Positions 1-9,575 are shown, counted from the first letter of the stretch. The stretch is 64,000 nt of DNA from Tidjanibacter sp. (GCA_017631375.1 JAGBTK010000041.1:4419-68418), one strand, 5' to 3'. The notes: generated from the sequence alone by a model not told the origin. A program made the numbers and translations.

Positions 1-1
1 T

Positions 2-445
2 GGCAACATAACGCTTTTGGTTGTAGAGCGACTCATAATAGGAGGCAACTGCCACATCCTGCAAGATGGAGTGGTTTTTAACGATAGCCTGAATAGCCTC
101 AGCATACTGACGAGGGATGCCGTACATACGGGTCCAGTCGTTGCCTGTGCCGACACTTATTGCTGCCACAAGTACCTCGGTCGTAGGTACAGTTTTCTGT
201 ATAAAAATACCGTTTACTACCTCGTGCATCGTGCCGTCACCACCCACAGCCATAATCTTGCGGTAGCCGTTGTTGACAGCTGCTACCGCAAGTTCTATGG
301 CGTGATAGCGATGCTCCGTAAAGGCAAAGTCGGGCATAATGCCATTGTCACGCAGCAATTTGCTGACCATCGGCCAATCAAGCAGACCCTTACCCTTACC
401 GGAGATAGGGTTGATGATCGCAAACCACTTCTCTTTTACTTCCAT
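2..445 (-). CDS. Diacylglycerol kinase family lipid kinase (YegS/BmrU-like), runs off the window edge
   Basis: Not in the ORF track; read manually from ATG at 445: MEVKEKWFAIINPISGKGKG...AVGGDGTMHEVVNG, the NPxSG and GGDGT motifs of the DAGK family. Confidence 0.88.
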   Translation of the reverse strand, partial: MEVKEKWFAIINPISGKGKGLLDWPMVSKLLRDNGIMPDFAFTEHRYHAIELAVAAVNNGYRKIMAVGGDGTMHEVVNGIFIQKTVPTTEVLVAAISVGTGNDWTRMYGIPRQYAEAIQAIVKNHSILQDVAVASYYESLYNQKRYVA

Positions 446-480
446 CCGCTTTGCTAATTTGGGTTATTCTATCGTTTTCT

Positions 481-1944
481 CTACTTTGCAGGAGCGTTTT
501 CGAGTGTGTGGCAGAGATATTTCCAGAACTTCTCTACCGAGGTGATATTTACCTTCTCAGCGGGCGAGTGGGGGTAGCAGATGGTAGGACCAAACGAAAT
601 CATATCCATATTGGGATATACACCACCGATGATACCGCACTCCAAACCTGCGTGGATAGCAACAACCTTAGGCTCAGTGCCGTAGAGCGACTTGTAGCTC
701 TCCTTCATTGTTGCAAGGATTGGCGACTGCATATTGGGGTTCCAGCCATCATAAGCACCACCCATCTTAACCTTACCACCTGCAAGCTCAAATACGGTGC
801 GAATCGAAAGAGCCAAATCCTCCTTCTCGCTGCGTACCGAGGAGCGCATCAGACCAAATACGGTAAACTTACCCTTCTCCGATACGACGCGAGCAAGGTT
901 TGTCGAAGTCTGCACCAGACCAGGCATCGAGGTACTCATCTTGATTACACCATTGGGGCAAGCCTGAACAGCGTCGAGCAGATAGCACTGGTCGAGGATG
1001 TCGATGCAACGAGCGGGGCAGGGGATTGCCACTGCATTAATCTCAATCTTATCCTCAATATCTTTATACTCAGTGTTGTAGAGTTTCTCGTAACGCTTGA
1101 TTGCTGCCAGGAACTTCTTCTCGAAAGCCTTGTCAACAGCCACAGTAGCAAATGCCTCGCGAGGGATAGCATTGCGCAAACCACCACCATCAATCGAGCA
1201 GAGCAGAACATTCATCTTCTCCTGAATACCAATCAGAGTACGGGCCATCAGTTTGTTGGCGTTTGCTCTCTGGAGGATAATCTCAATACCCGAGTGACCG
1301 CCTTTAAGACCTTTAACCTCAATACGATAGCCTGCAAAATCTTTCTTTTTGATAGCAACAGTATGGTAGGGCATACTGACGTTGAAGTCCTGACCACCTG
1401 CGCAACCTACATACAGTTCGCCCTCGGTCTCCGAGTCGAGGTTAAGCAAAATATCACCACTCAGCTCACCTGCCTTCAAACCAAAAGCACCATCCATACC
1501 TGTCTCCTCAGTTGCGGTGAAGAGTGCCTCGATAGGGCCGTGCTTGATGTCGTTCGATTCGAGAACTGCCAGAATAGCTGCTACGCCGATACCATTATCA
1601 GCACCCAGAGTAGTGCCGTCAGCAGTCACCCAATCGCCATCAATATAGGCAACAATCGAATCTTTGGTGAAGTCAAACTCCTTGTCCGAGTTCTTCTGAG
1701 GTACCATATCAACGTGTGCCTGGATAACAATACCCTTGCGCGACTCCATACCAGGAGTTGCGGGCTTGCGGATGATGACATTGTTGCCACCATCAACAAA
1801 GTGCTCCAAGTTATGCTCTTTGGCAAATTTTACCAAATACTCTCTAATTTCAGCCTCGTGATACGAAGGGTGAGGAATTTTGCAAATCTCAGCAAAGTGT
1901 TTCCAAATGGGCTGGGGTGCAAGTTTTGAAATGTTTGTGTCCAT
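481..1944 (-). CDS. pepD: Aminoacyl-histidine dipeptidase (M20C)
   Basis: QAHVDMV, GTTLGADNGIG, EETGMDGA, NLDSE, GGHSG and HAGLECG motifs; 487 aa. Confidence 0.95.
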   Translation of the reverse strand: MDTNISKLAPQPIWKHFAEICKIPHPSYHEAEIREYLVKFAKEHNLEHFVDGGNNVIIRKPATPGMESRKGIVIQAHVDMVPQKNSDKEFDFTKDSIVAYIDGDWVTADGTTLGADNGIGVAAILAVLESNDIKHGPIEALFTATEETGMDGAFGLKAGELSGDILLNLDSETEGELYVGCAGGQDFNVSMPYHTVAIKKKDFAGYRIEVKGLKGGHSGIEIILQRANANKLMARTLIGIQEKMNVLLCSIDGGGLRNAIPREAFATVAVDKAFEKKFLAAIKRYEKLYNTEYKDIEDKIEINAVAIPCPARCIDILDQCYLLDAVQACPNGVIKMSTSMPGLVQTSTNLARVVSEKGKFTVFGLMRSSVRSEKEDLALSIRTVFELAGGKVKMGGAYDGWNPNMQSPILATMKESYKSLYGTEPKVVAIHAGLECGIIGGVYPNMDMISFGPTICYPHSPAEKVNITSVEKFWKYLCHTLENAPAK

Positions 1945-1956
1945 AATTATATAATT

Positions 1957-2958
1957 TTAGTTTTCGGTTTTGTCTTCCTCTTTTTTCTCGTTGGCTCTCT
2001 CGGTAGCTGCTCTCTCGGCATCTTTTTCGAAAGCCTCAATTATGTGTTTCACCAAACGGTGTCTAATAATGTCGCGATTGTCAAAATCTACTATGCCAAT
2101 ACCCTCAATACCTTCAAGTATGGCGCGTGCGTGACGTAAACCCGAATCGGTACGACGGGGGAGATCAATCTGGGTGAGGTCACCTGTTACGATAAATTTC
2201 GCACTGCGACCCATACGGGTCAGGAACATCTTGATCTGTGGCAGAGTGGTGTTTTGTGCCTCGTCGAGAATAACGCAGGCGTTGTCGAGTGTACGACCAC
2301 GCATATAGGCGAGCGGAGCGATCTGCACAGTGCCGTCCTCAATGAACTTTTGCAACTTGGCGGGATGAATCATATCGTTCAGTGCATCATAAAGTGGCTG
2401 GAGATATGGATCGAGTTTCTCTTTCATATCTCCGGGCAGAAATCCCAATTTTTCGCCGGCCTCCACAGCCGGTCGAGTAAGGATGATCCTCTTCACCTCT
2501 CTGTTTTTCAGGGCGCGTACTGCAAGAGCAATAGCCGTATATGTCTTACCCGAACCGGCAGGGCCGATTGCCAGCAGAAGGTCGTTTTTGTCGTAGGCCT
2601 CTACTAATCGCTTCTGTCCCGGAGTGCGTGCCTTGACGATGAGGCCGTTGTTGCCATAGACAATAACATCGCTCTCAGCCACTCCCAATTCGCTTACCGA
2701 AGTGCCTGCCGAACCACACACCTGATTGATGACACTCTCCGAGAGATGGCCATAGCGTGAGTGGTAAGCAAACAGATCAGCCATCTTTGCCTCTAAGCGA
2801 GCAATCTCATCCTCAGTGCCTACAGCCTTGATGGTGGAGCCTCTAGCGATGAGTTTCAGTTTTGGGAAGTGTGCGCATATACGCTCGATGTTGCAGTTGG
2901 CAACACCGTAGAACTCTAATAGGTCTATGCCTTTAATCTCTATTAACTTTTCGGCCAT
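1957..2958 (-). CDS. phoH: PhoH family ATPase
   Basis: GPAGSGKT, LTRPAVEAGEKLGFLPGD, YMRGRTL, DEAQN, TGDLTQIDLP. Confidence 0.93.
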   Translation of the reverse strand: MAEKLIEIKGIDLLEFYGVANCNIERICAHFPKLKLIARGSTIKAVGTEDEIARLEAKMADLFAYHSRYGHLSESVINQVCGSAGTSVSELGVAESDVIVYGNNGLIVKARTPGQKRLVEAYDKNDLLLAIGPAGSGKTYTAIALAVRALKNREVKRIILTRPAVEAGEKLGFLPGDMKEKLDPYLQPLYDALNDMIHPAKLQKFIEDGTVQIAPLAYMRGRTLDNACVILDEAQNTTLPQIKMFLTRMGRSAKFIVTGDLTQIDLPRRTDSGLRHARAILEGIEGIGIVDFDNRDIIRHRLVKHIIEAFEKDAERAATERANEKKEEDKTEN

Positions 2959-3021
2959 CTTTTGTTGTTTGTTTGCCTCTTCTTGTTGGTTGGGTAAGTT
3001 TTTCTTTTTTTAATAAATGAG

Positions 3022-3059
3022 GACACCGAGCCTGAAATACTCTCTCAGTACTCGGTGTC
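3022..3059 (-). terminator. Hairpin downstream of the porin-family pair
   Basis: GACACCGAG...CTCGGTGTC inverted repeat between the porin gene and phoH. Confidence 0.5.
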
Positions 3060-3090
3060 GAAGTTTTAGATTTGACATTTGTGTCGCCTC

Positions 3091-3705
3091 TTAGAACATC
3101 AAACCGATGCTGAGCGACCAATTGCTCTGCTGCTTCATCTTGTCAAATGCATTCTCAATGTTTACATCCTGATCTGTAAATTCGCCATTGTAGCGGAAGT
3201 CGATGCTAATTTTGGAGATATCAATACCCACTCCTGCAGTCCACGAGATAGTCGATTTCTCGAAAGTTTTACCAAACTCTTCCCATCCTGCAAAGGTGTT
3301 GTCGCCAACAGCTCCAAAGTCAAATACGGGGCCTACGCCTGCGCGAACTTTGAGGGCATTACCTCCAAGTCCCAAACCTACGAGTACAGGGGCACGCATT
3401 GTGTTAAATGTAGCCTTTGTGTTGTCGCCAAGTGCCTCGTTGGTGTAGTTGTGCCACATATAGTCCAACTCGGGCTGAACAAAGATGGGCAGCAAGGGGA
3501 CATTTAATCGAAGAGTCAGACCGGCATAGTAGCTGCTTGCGGCTTCAAAAGTGTGTTTTACATCCTCTTTTACCTGCTCAATATCAGCGTTAGAGATAAT
3601 ACCTCCGTGTACACCGAACTGTAATAACTGCTTCTTGTTATTGTCTGCGCTAACTGTACCTGCCGAGAGTAGAGCTACGATAATCAATGCAAGAACTTTC
3701 TTCAT
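3091..3705 (-). CDS. Outer-membrane beta-barrel (porin family/PorT-like) protein, paralog 2
   Basis: Sec signal peptide, alternating beta-strands, FGVHGG, QPEL, GPVF, DFRYN, C-terminal Phe. Confidence 0.8.
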   Translation of the reverse strand: MKKVLALIIVALLSAGTVSADNNKKQLLQFGVHGGIISNADIEQVKEDVKHTFEAASSYYAGLTLRLNVPLLPIFVQPELDYMWHNYTNEALGDNTKATFNTMRAPVLVGLGLGGNALKVRAGVGPVFDFGAVGDNTFAGWEEFGKTFEKSTISWTAGVGIDISKISIDFRYNGEFTDQDVNIENAFDKMKQQSNWSLSIGLMF

Positions 3706-3739
3706 GTTCTTTTCTGAGTTAATAATTTATTATGGTCTG

Positions 3740-4342
3740 TTAGAAGAGATAACCAAGAGAGATGGTCCAACTCTGCGACTTAACTATACTCTCAATTCCT
3801 GCAACCTCGCCCTCATTGCTCTTGAACTGACCATTGTAGCGGAAGTCCAGAGTAAAACCAAGAAAGTCAACGCCTGCACCGGCAGTCCAACCCACCGATT
3901 TGTCGAAGAGATCATCGCTCTCTACACTTATGCCTGCAAGTGTAACTTTGCTGTTGCTACCTGCGTTGAATACAGGGCCTGCATTAACTCGCACCTTAGC
4001 GGTAGTGCCTACACCGATACCTGCACCCACGAGTACGGGGATATCGATATGGTTGATTGTTGCGGTGAGATTATCTTCGCCCCACTTATTGGAAGTGTAG
4101 AGTATCTCAGGCTGAATGTAGATAGGCATCAGAGGTACATTAACTCGTACCACTGCGCCAATATGATAGCCTGTATTGGAGTTCTCGAAGAGTGTGCCAA
4201 GTGAGCCACCATCAACTTTTGTCTGATCGGAAGAGATACCTGCCTTTACACCAAACTTGATGAAAGGTATGTTGTTGTCGGCCTGTGCGCTCCATACCGA
4301 AGCAGCTGCCAGCATAACTAATGTAATAAGGACTTTTTTCAT
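3740..4342 (-). CDS. Outer-membrane beta-barrel (porin family/PorT-like) protein, paralog 1
   Basis: MKKVL signal peptide, FGVKAG, QPEILY, GPVF, DFRYN, C-terminal GYLF; start set at MKKV (ORF track 4354). Confidence 0.8.
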   Translation of the reverse strand: MKKVLITLVMLAAASVWSAQADNNIPFIKFGVKAGISSDQTKVDGGSLGTLFENSNTGYHIGAVVRVNVPLMPIYIQPEILYTSNKWGEDNLTATINHIDIPVLVGAGIGVGTTAKVRVNAGPVFNAGSNSKVTLAGISVESDDLFDKSVGWTAGAGVDFLGFTLDFRYNGQFKSNEGEVAGIESIVKSQSWTISLGYLF

Positions 4343-4426
4343 ATTGTTAGTCAATTTTGGAGTTTTACATTTTTACAAATATAGAAATATTTTGTTTAAT
4401 ATCCATCATACAATCTCATTTTTATA

Positions 4427-4442
4427 AGCAAATGTTCTGCCA
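4427..4442 (-). promoter_or_regulatory. Candidate sigma54 -24/-12 promoter of the porin pair
   Basis: Minus strand TGGCAGAACATTTGCT (GG-N10-GC), about 85 nt upstream of the start; a TATATTTG -7 element also lies at 4383-4376. Confidence 0.45.
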
Positions 4443-4490
4443 CTTGCCCTACCGAATAACCTACTGTGGCTAATAACCTGCACTTTGGAG

Positions 4491-4521
4491 TTTGCCGTTT
4501 GATGAAAATAGACTATCTTTG
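4491..4521 (+). promoter_or_regulatory. Bacteroidetes primary-sigma promoter of der
   Basis: TTTG (4491-4494) - 19 nt - TATCTTTG (4514-4521). Confidence 0.7.
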
Positions 4522-4555
4522 CGCGCGGAAATAGTTAATAGAGAAGAGAATTATT

Positions 4556-5860
4556 ATGGCACTTGTAGCGATTGTAGGTCGTCCCAATGTGGGCAAGAGT
4601 ACATTTTTTAACCGTTTGGTAGGTATGCGTCAGGCTATCGTTGATTCGACAGCCGGCACAACACGCGACCGCCACTATGGTAAGACCGATTGGAATGGTC
4701 ACGAGTTTTCGATTATCGACACCGGTGGTTACAGTACCGGTAGTGACGATATCTTTGAGGATGAGATTCGCAAACAGGTGATGCTTGCCATTGACGAGGC
4801 AGATGTTATTCTCTTTATGGTAGAGGTATCGACCGGTATTACCGACCTCGATATGGCGATGGCGGATATTCTCCGTCGTTCGTCGAAGAAGATCTTCTTG
4901 GTGGTAAATAAGGTTGATAACTACGATCTTATCTACTCCTCGCACGAGTTCTACTCGTTTGGTCTTGGTGATCCCTACTGTATCAGTTCGATGAGTGGTA
5001 GTGGTACTGGCGACCTTCTGGATGCTGTTGTGGCTGCACTGCCTGACGACAAGACCGATGAGTTGGAGGAGGGCCTGCCTCGTATTACTGTTGTTGGCCG
5101 TCCCAATGTGGGTAAGTCATCGCTTACCAATGCACTGCTCGGTAAGGAGCGCAATATCGTTACTCCCATTGCCGGAACTACTCGCGACTCGATCAATACT
5201 CGCTACAATAAATATGGCCTGGATTTCTATCTGGTGGATACTGCCGGTTTGCGTAAGAAGGGCAAGGTGAACGAAGATTTGGAGTTCTACTCCGTTATGC
5301 GTTCGATTCGTGCTATTGAGCACTCGGATGTCTGCGTGTTGATGCTGGACGCTTCGCAGGGTATCGAGTCGCAGGACTTGAATATCTTCAGCCTGATTGT
5401 ACGCAACAAGAAGGGTTGTGTGATTGTGGTTAATAAGTGGGATCTGATCGAGAAGGATAACAACACAATGCGTGATTGGAAAGAGTTCTTGCAGAAGAAA
5501 CTAGCTCCATTTAGCGATGTGCCCGTTATCTTTACCTCGGTGATCAACAAACAGCGCATCTTGGATGTATTGCAGACCGCTATTAAGGTCTATAACTCTC
5601 GCGCTCAGCGAATCCCTACTTCTGAGTTTAACGAATTTATCCTCCCCATCATTGAGGAGACTCCTCCTCCCTCGATTAAGGGTAAGTATATCAAGATTAA
5701 GTATGCTTTGCAGTTGCCTTCGCCGACTCCTGCATTTGCATTTTTTGTCAATCTGCCCCAATATATCAAGGACTCCTATCGTCGTTTTCTGGAGAACAAG
5801 ATTCGCGAACATTGGGACTTTGAGGGTGTGCCGATGCAGATTTATTTCCGTCAGAAATAG
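4556..5860 (+). CDS. der: Ribosome biogenesis GTPase Der/EngA
   Basis: Two GTPase domains (GRPNVGKS twice, DTGG/DTAG, NKVD/NKWD) plus KH-like C-terminus. Confidence 0.97.
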   Translation: MALVAIVGRPNVGKSTFFNRLVGMRQAIVDSTAGTTRDRHYGKTDWNGHEFSIIDTGGYSTGSDDIFEDEIRKQVMLAIDEADVILFMVEVSTGITDLDMAMADILRRSSKKIFLVVNKVDNYDLIYSSHEFYSFGLGDPYCISSMSGSGTGDLLDAVVAALPDDKTDELEEGLPRITVVGRPNVGKSSLTNALLGKERNIVTPIAGTTRDSINTRYNKYGLDFYLVDTAGLRKKGKVNEDLEFYSVMRSIRAIEHSDVCVLMLDASQGIESQDLNIFSLIVRNKKGCVIVVNKWDLIEKDNNTMRDWKEFLQKKLAPFSDVPVIFTSVINKQRILDVLQTAIKVYNSRAQRIPTSEFNEFILPIIEETPPPSIKGKYIKIKYALQLPSPTPAFAFFVNLPQYIKDSYRRFLENKIREHWDFEGVPMQIYFRQK

Positions 5861-5913
5861 TTTGATAATAAGAGGGTTGAGAGTGTTTCGACCCTCTATT
5901 TTTTAGAGAAAAG

Positions 5914-6810
5914 ATGAATCCGAAGATTAGAAGTTTTGCATTACCTATCGCTATTGTGGTGGGGGCTCTCTTCAATGGTTTTTTTGCCGATTGGAGTTTT
6001 CTTTCTCCATACCTTATCTTCGCGATGCTCTATATCACCTTTTCGCGAGTGTCGCTCTCGGAGATGAGGGTGGGGTGGTTTCATCTGGTACTTTTGCTAT
6101 TCCAGATCGGGCTTGGCTCGGCACTCTATTTCCTGCTACGCGGAGCTGACGAGGTGGTAGCTCAAGGGGTGATGATATGTGTCTTTGCACCGGCTGCTAT
6201 GGCTTCGGCTGTAATTGGAGGTATGCTCGGGGCAAATGTTACCACGATGACCTCGTTTATCCTGCTCAGTAATATGTCGGTCGCTCTCTGCGCCCCGATA
6301 CTTTTTGCGCTAACCGACGGGACGGGTGTGGAGATAGGGTTTTTGACTATGATGTGGCGTGTGCTCAAACGAGTTGCTCCGCTGCTACTATTGCCATTGG
6401 TATTATCTTGGCTTACAGAACGATACCTGCCACGAACTCACGCATTTGTTAAGGCTCATCAGAACGCCTCTTTCTACCTTTGGGTAGTGGTTTTGGTGAT
6501 TCTTATGGCGAACACTACAAGTTTTATTCTCAGTCAACCAGCAGAGATGCATAGAGTGGCTGTGATTTTGGCAGTTGCCGCACTTGTAATATGCTTGGTA
6601 CAGTTTACTTTTGGCAGATGGTGGGGTGGACGCTTTGGCGATAAGGTGGCTGGCGGTCAATCCCTCGGTCAGAAGAATATGGCTCTCGCTATTTGGCTAA
6701 CTCAGTCGTTTCTCAATCCTCTGGCATCCGTTGCTCCTGCTGCTTATGTCGTATGGCAGAACATTGTCAACAGCTACCAACTATGGCGCAAGAATAGAGA
6801 GAGTAAGTAG
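5914..6810 (+). CDS. Bile acid:sodium symporter-like membrane transporter
   Basis: About 9 hydrophobic segments; PAAMASAV and GQSLGQKN motifs. Confidence 0.75.
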   Translation: MNPKIRSFALPIAIVVGALFNGFFADWSFLSPYLIFAMLYITFSRVSLSEMRVGWFHLVLLLFQIGLGSALYFLLRGADEVVAQGVMICVFAPAAMASAVIGGMLGANVTTMTSFILLSNMSVALCAPILFALTDGTGVEIGFLTMMWRVLKRVAPLLLLPLVLSWLTERYLPRTHAFVKAHQNASFYLWVVVLVILMANTTSFILSQPAEMHRVAVILAVAALVICLVQFTFGRWWGGRFGDKVAGGQSLGQKNMALAIWLTQSFLNPLASVAPAAYVVWQNIVNSYQLWRKNRESK

Positions 6811-6815
6811 AAAAG

Positions 6816-6844
6816 AAAAGGGTCGGAAGTTTTCCGACCCTTTT
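6816..6844. terminator. Bidirectional intrinsic terminator
   Basis: AAAAGGGTCGGAA-GTT-TTCCGACCCTTTT between convergent genes. Confidence 0.85.
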
Positions 6845-6846
6845 TG

Positions 6847-9132
6847 TTAGAAGGCTATCTTCACCCCTCCCACAATCATTCGTGGCATCGCAGGGCCATA
6901 GATGTATCCTGCATCCTTGTCCATACCTACATCCAAATCCTTTTGGAAGGAGTCGAAGATGTTCTTAGCCGCCACACTCAGCTCAATATTCGAGGTGGAG
7001 GAGAGTTTGAAATTGTATGCTGCTCTCAGACCCGCATCCACAAAACTCTCGGTCAGCACCTCCTCGTCTTTATCTACATAGCCAGCATAGTGTTGCACCA
7101 ACATCGGGCCTGTAAAGTTAGCATTTGCCGAGAGGGTAAGTGCAGGGGTGGGATTATATGTAATAGTTGAGTATCCATAAATATCGGGTGCTCGGAACAT
7201 ATGCTTCTGAGGGGTAATGCTCTCGTCCTCAGACCACTGCAAAGCCTCTTTGTAAAGACTGCGCTGCAAGGTAAGTCCGGCATCCACTACAAAAGTCGGT
7301 ATGCCCATCTTCAACTCAAAGTTTACACCACTAATAGTCGCGCCCGAGGCATTTACTCGTTGCAATAGGAGGTTGCCTTGGTCGTCGTGACCACGCTCAA
7401 CAAGCGCAAAGACATCGTCGAGTGTGGTGTGGAAACCCTCAATGAGGAGGTTGCTCTCCCACGAACCGAAATTATGGTAGAGGTCTACCGAGCCACTGAT
7501 GCTATTTGAGTACTCGGGTCGCAGGTCGGGCGAGAGTGTGATGATTGCCACATCGCCACCAACTGCGGCAACGTGCAAATCCTCGTCGTAGGCCTGAGGT
7601 GCACGATAACCACTCGAATAACTGAGGCGGAAAGCGACAGCCTCGCTCGGAGTCCAACGCATAGTTGCACGAGGGCTGACGATAATTTTCTCCATACGGT
7701 TGTGCTTGTCTACTCGCGCACCAATCAACAGACCAAACTGCTCTGTCTTCCACTCGTTCTGGAAGTATGTACCCAGACTGATACTCTTTTGATTGATGAT
7801 TCGGTTGTAGCCTATCATCCTATCTTCCAGATTGTTGTAGGTGTATTCGGAACCTACGGTGAGCTGTGCGGGAAGCAGGAAGTCGTACGAGAAACCATAC
7901 TGAACACCTGCGGTCAAAGTGATATCGTTGGTTGTTCCGTAGGCGTCGGGATTGCGGTCTGTGCCGAAATAACTCTCTCGGTCGATATGCTGAGCCGAAG
8001 TGTATAGGTCAAGTGTGTGGCGATAGTCGGCACTATAAGTGTTGAAGCGCAAGCCTCCGCCATTAATTCCGTGGCGCAACTGCTCTGCGAACAGACTCTC
8101 GTGAGGTGGGATATCCATACTATTACCACCACGGCGGAACTCTCGGATATGATGATACTCGGCAGTCAGACGCGAGCGCATACCGAGTTTATGGTAGCCA
8201 CGAAAACCGATTGTTTCGGAGTTGATTTTGGATATTTCCGAGAATCCGTCATCGTTGCGGTCGTATGGGTTGCGATCTTTCACTACCGAGAATATGTAGA
8301 TGCCTGTTCTGTGATTTTCGCTTACAAGTGAGGCGTTCAATGCTGTGTTGTGTTCTGCTGTGCCATCCTCCATAACACCTATTGAACTGCTGAGTGTTGT
8401 GCTGTTGTAGAGAGGGTCTTTGGTGATGATATTCACAACGCCACCAATCGCATTTGAGCCATAGAGTGCCGAGCCACCACCACGAACAACCTCCACTCGC
8501 TCAATCATACCTGCAGGGAGTTGCTCCAATCCGTAGACGGTGGCAAGCGAACTGAAAATAGGGCGACTATCGAGCAGAATCTGCGAATACTGACCCTCCA
8601 AACCATTAATACGGAGCTGTGGCACACCGCAGTTTGAGCAATTATACTCCACGCGCAGACCCGATTGGAAGTTGAGAGCTTCGGCAACATTGTGGGATGA
8701 GGTCTGCTCAAAGAGCTTGTTATTCAATACATTGACAATAGATGTTGCCTCTTGTTTGTTTACTTCGTTGCGCGAGGCTGTTACAACGACACTATTCATT
8801 TCAATAGCCTCGGGTTCAAGCTCAAAGTGTGCCTCGACCGTGTGACCAGGGATAATCTCTACCTGTCGCGATTGGGTCTTATAGCCGAGGAGAGATACAG
8901 TAATTGTCTGGTGACCTGCGGGGAGGTTACGGAGAATAAAGTGACCGCTACCATCAGAAGCAGTGCCTATATTGGTTCCCTCGACTGCAATAGCGACAAA
9001 GGGAAGGTGTTCGCCTGTGGTTTTATCAATGGTGTGACCTGCCAGATGGGCGTCACGCTGCGCTTGTGCATCAACTACCGAGAGTGTGCACAGCAAGAGA
9101 GCGGAGAAGAGTCCGCACAAAATTCTATTCAT
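6847..9132 (-). CDS. TonB-dependent receptor (CirA/FepA-like) with N-terminal CarboxypepD_reg-like domain and CxxC plug
   Basis: Signal peptide, VVVTASR, NCSNCG, IERVEVVRGGGSALYGSNAIGGVVNIITK, C-terminal Phe. Confidence 0.92.
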   Translation of the reverse strand: MNRILCGLFSALLLCTLSVVDAQAQRDAHLAGHTIDKTTGEHLPFVAIAVEGTNIGTASDGSGHFILRNLPAGHQTITVSLLGYKTQSRQVEIIPGHTVEAHFELEPEAIEMNSVVVTASRNEVNKQEATSIVNVLNNKLFEQTSSHNVAEALNFQSGLRVEYNCSNCGVPQLRINGLEGQYSQILLDSRPIFSSLATVYGLEQLPAGMIERVEVVRGGGSALYGSNAIGGVVNIITKDPLYNSTTLSSSIGVMEDGTAEHNTALNASLVSENHRTGIYIFSVVKDRNPYDRNDDGFSEISKINSETIGFRGYHKLGMRSRLTAEYHHIREFRRGGNSMDIPPHESLFAEQLRHGINGGGLRFNTYSADYRHTLDLYTSAQHIDRESYFGTDRNPDAYGTTNDITLTAGVQYGFSYDFLLPAQLTVGSEYTYNNLEDRMIGYNRIINQKSISLGTYFQNEWKTEQFGLLIGARVDKHNRMEKIIVSPRATMRWTPSEAVAFRLSYSSGYRAPQAYDEDLHVAAVGGDVAIITLSPDLRPEYSNSISGSVDLYHNFGSWESNLLIEGFHTTLDDVFALVERGHDDQGNLLLQRVNASGATISGVNFELKMGIPTFVVDAGLTLQRSLYKEALQWSEDESITPQKHMFRAPDIYGYSTITYNPTPALTLSANANFTGPMLVQHYAGYVDKDEEVLTESFVDAGLRAAYNFKLSSTSNIELSVAAKNIFDSFQKDLDVGMDKDAGYIYGPAMPRMIVGGVKIAF

Positions 9133-9236
9133 ATTTGCTTAAAAATTTCTATGTGTTTGGGTTGCACGAACTATCAGCACCCTTTGTCGGGGTGGAGTAG
9201 TTGTGCTGTATAGTTGTTCGGGTTAGCGTGGTTAGA

Positions 9237-9563
9237 CTATGCCAGAACAGGCGGGGCACGCTGATTTTGAGCAGAGAGATAGGTTGTGCTGCGACTCTCT
9301 GCGTACGACCAAAGTATAGAAATTTCAGATTGTTCGGGAGCGGTGAGGTGTGTGTAATCGGTGGAGGTAAAGGTGGCGTGGTTGGCTATAGCAATTACCA
9401 CCAAATCATTTGTAGAGTGGTTGTGACCCTTATGCGAATAGGGGTGAGAGTGTGTTACCGCACCCCATTCGTAGATATGAGTGTGGGTGAGCACTGCGTC
9501 GCCCACCATCTTGCCCATAAAGAGCACTAATAGCAGAAGGGATATGTACCAAACCTTTTTCAC
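9237..9563 (-). CDS. His-rich upstream leader protein ending in an RAPP motif (candidate arrest peptide)
   Basis: GTG start at 9563; hydrophobic N-terminus, HTH..HSHP..H..HNH cluster, ends QRAPPVLA-stop 104 nt before the TBDR start. Confidence 0.75.
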   Translation of the reverse strand: MKKVWYISLLLLVLFMGKMVGDAVLTHTHIYEWGAVTHSHPYSHKGHNHSTNDLVVIAIANHATFTSTDYTHLTAPEQSEISILWSYAESRSTTYLSAQNQRAPPVLA

Positions 9564-9567
9564 ACTG

Positions 9568-9575
9568 CAAAAATA
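9568..9575 (-). promoter_or_regulatory. -7 element of the uORF-TBDR transcript (probably leaderless)
   Basis: TATTTTTG on the minus strand, 4 nt before GTG 9563. Confidence 0.6.

Noticed and set aside
451-1929. 492-aa ORF antisense to pepD (likewise 31190-32755 opposite the POT transporter and 23192-24343, 14965-15927, 61853-62854)
   Set aside because: Same shadow-ORF effect; the opposite strand carries clear family motifs.
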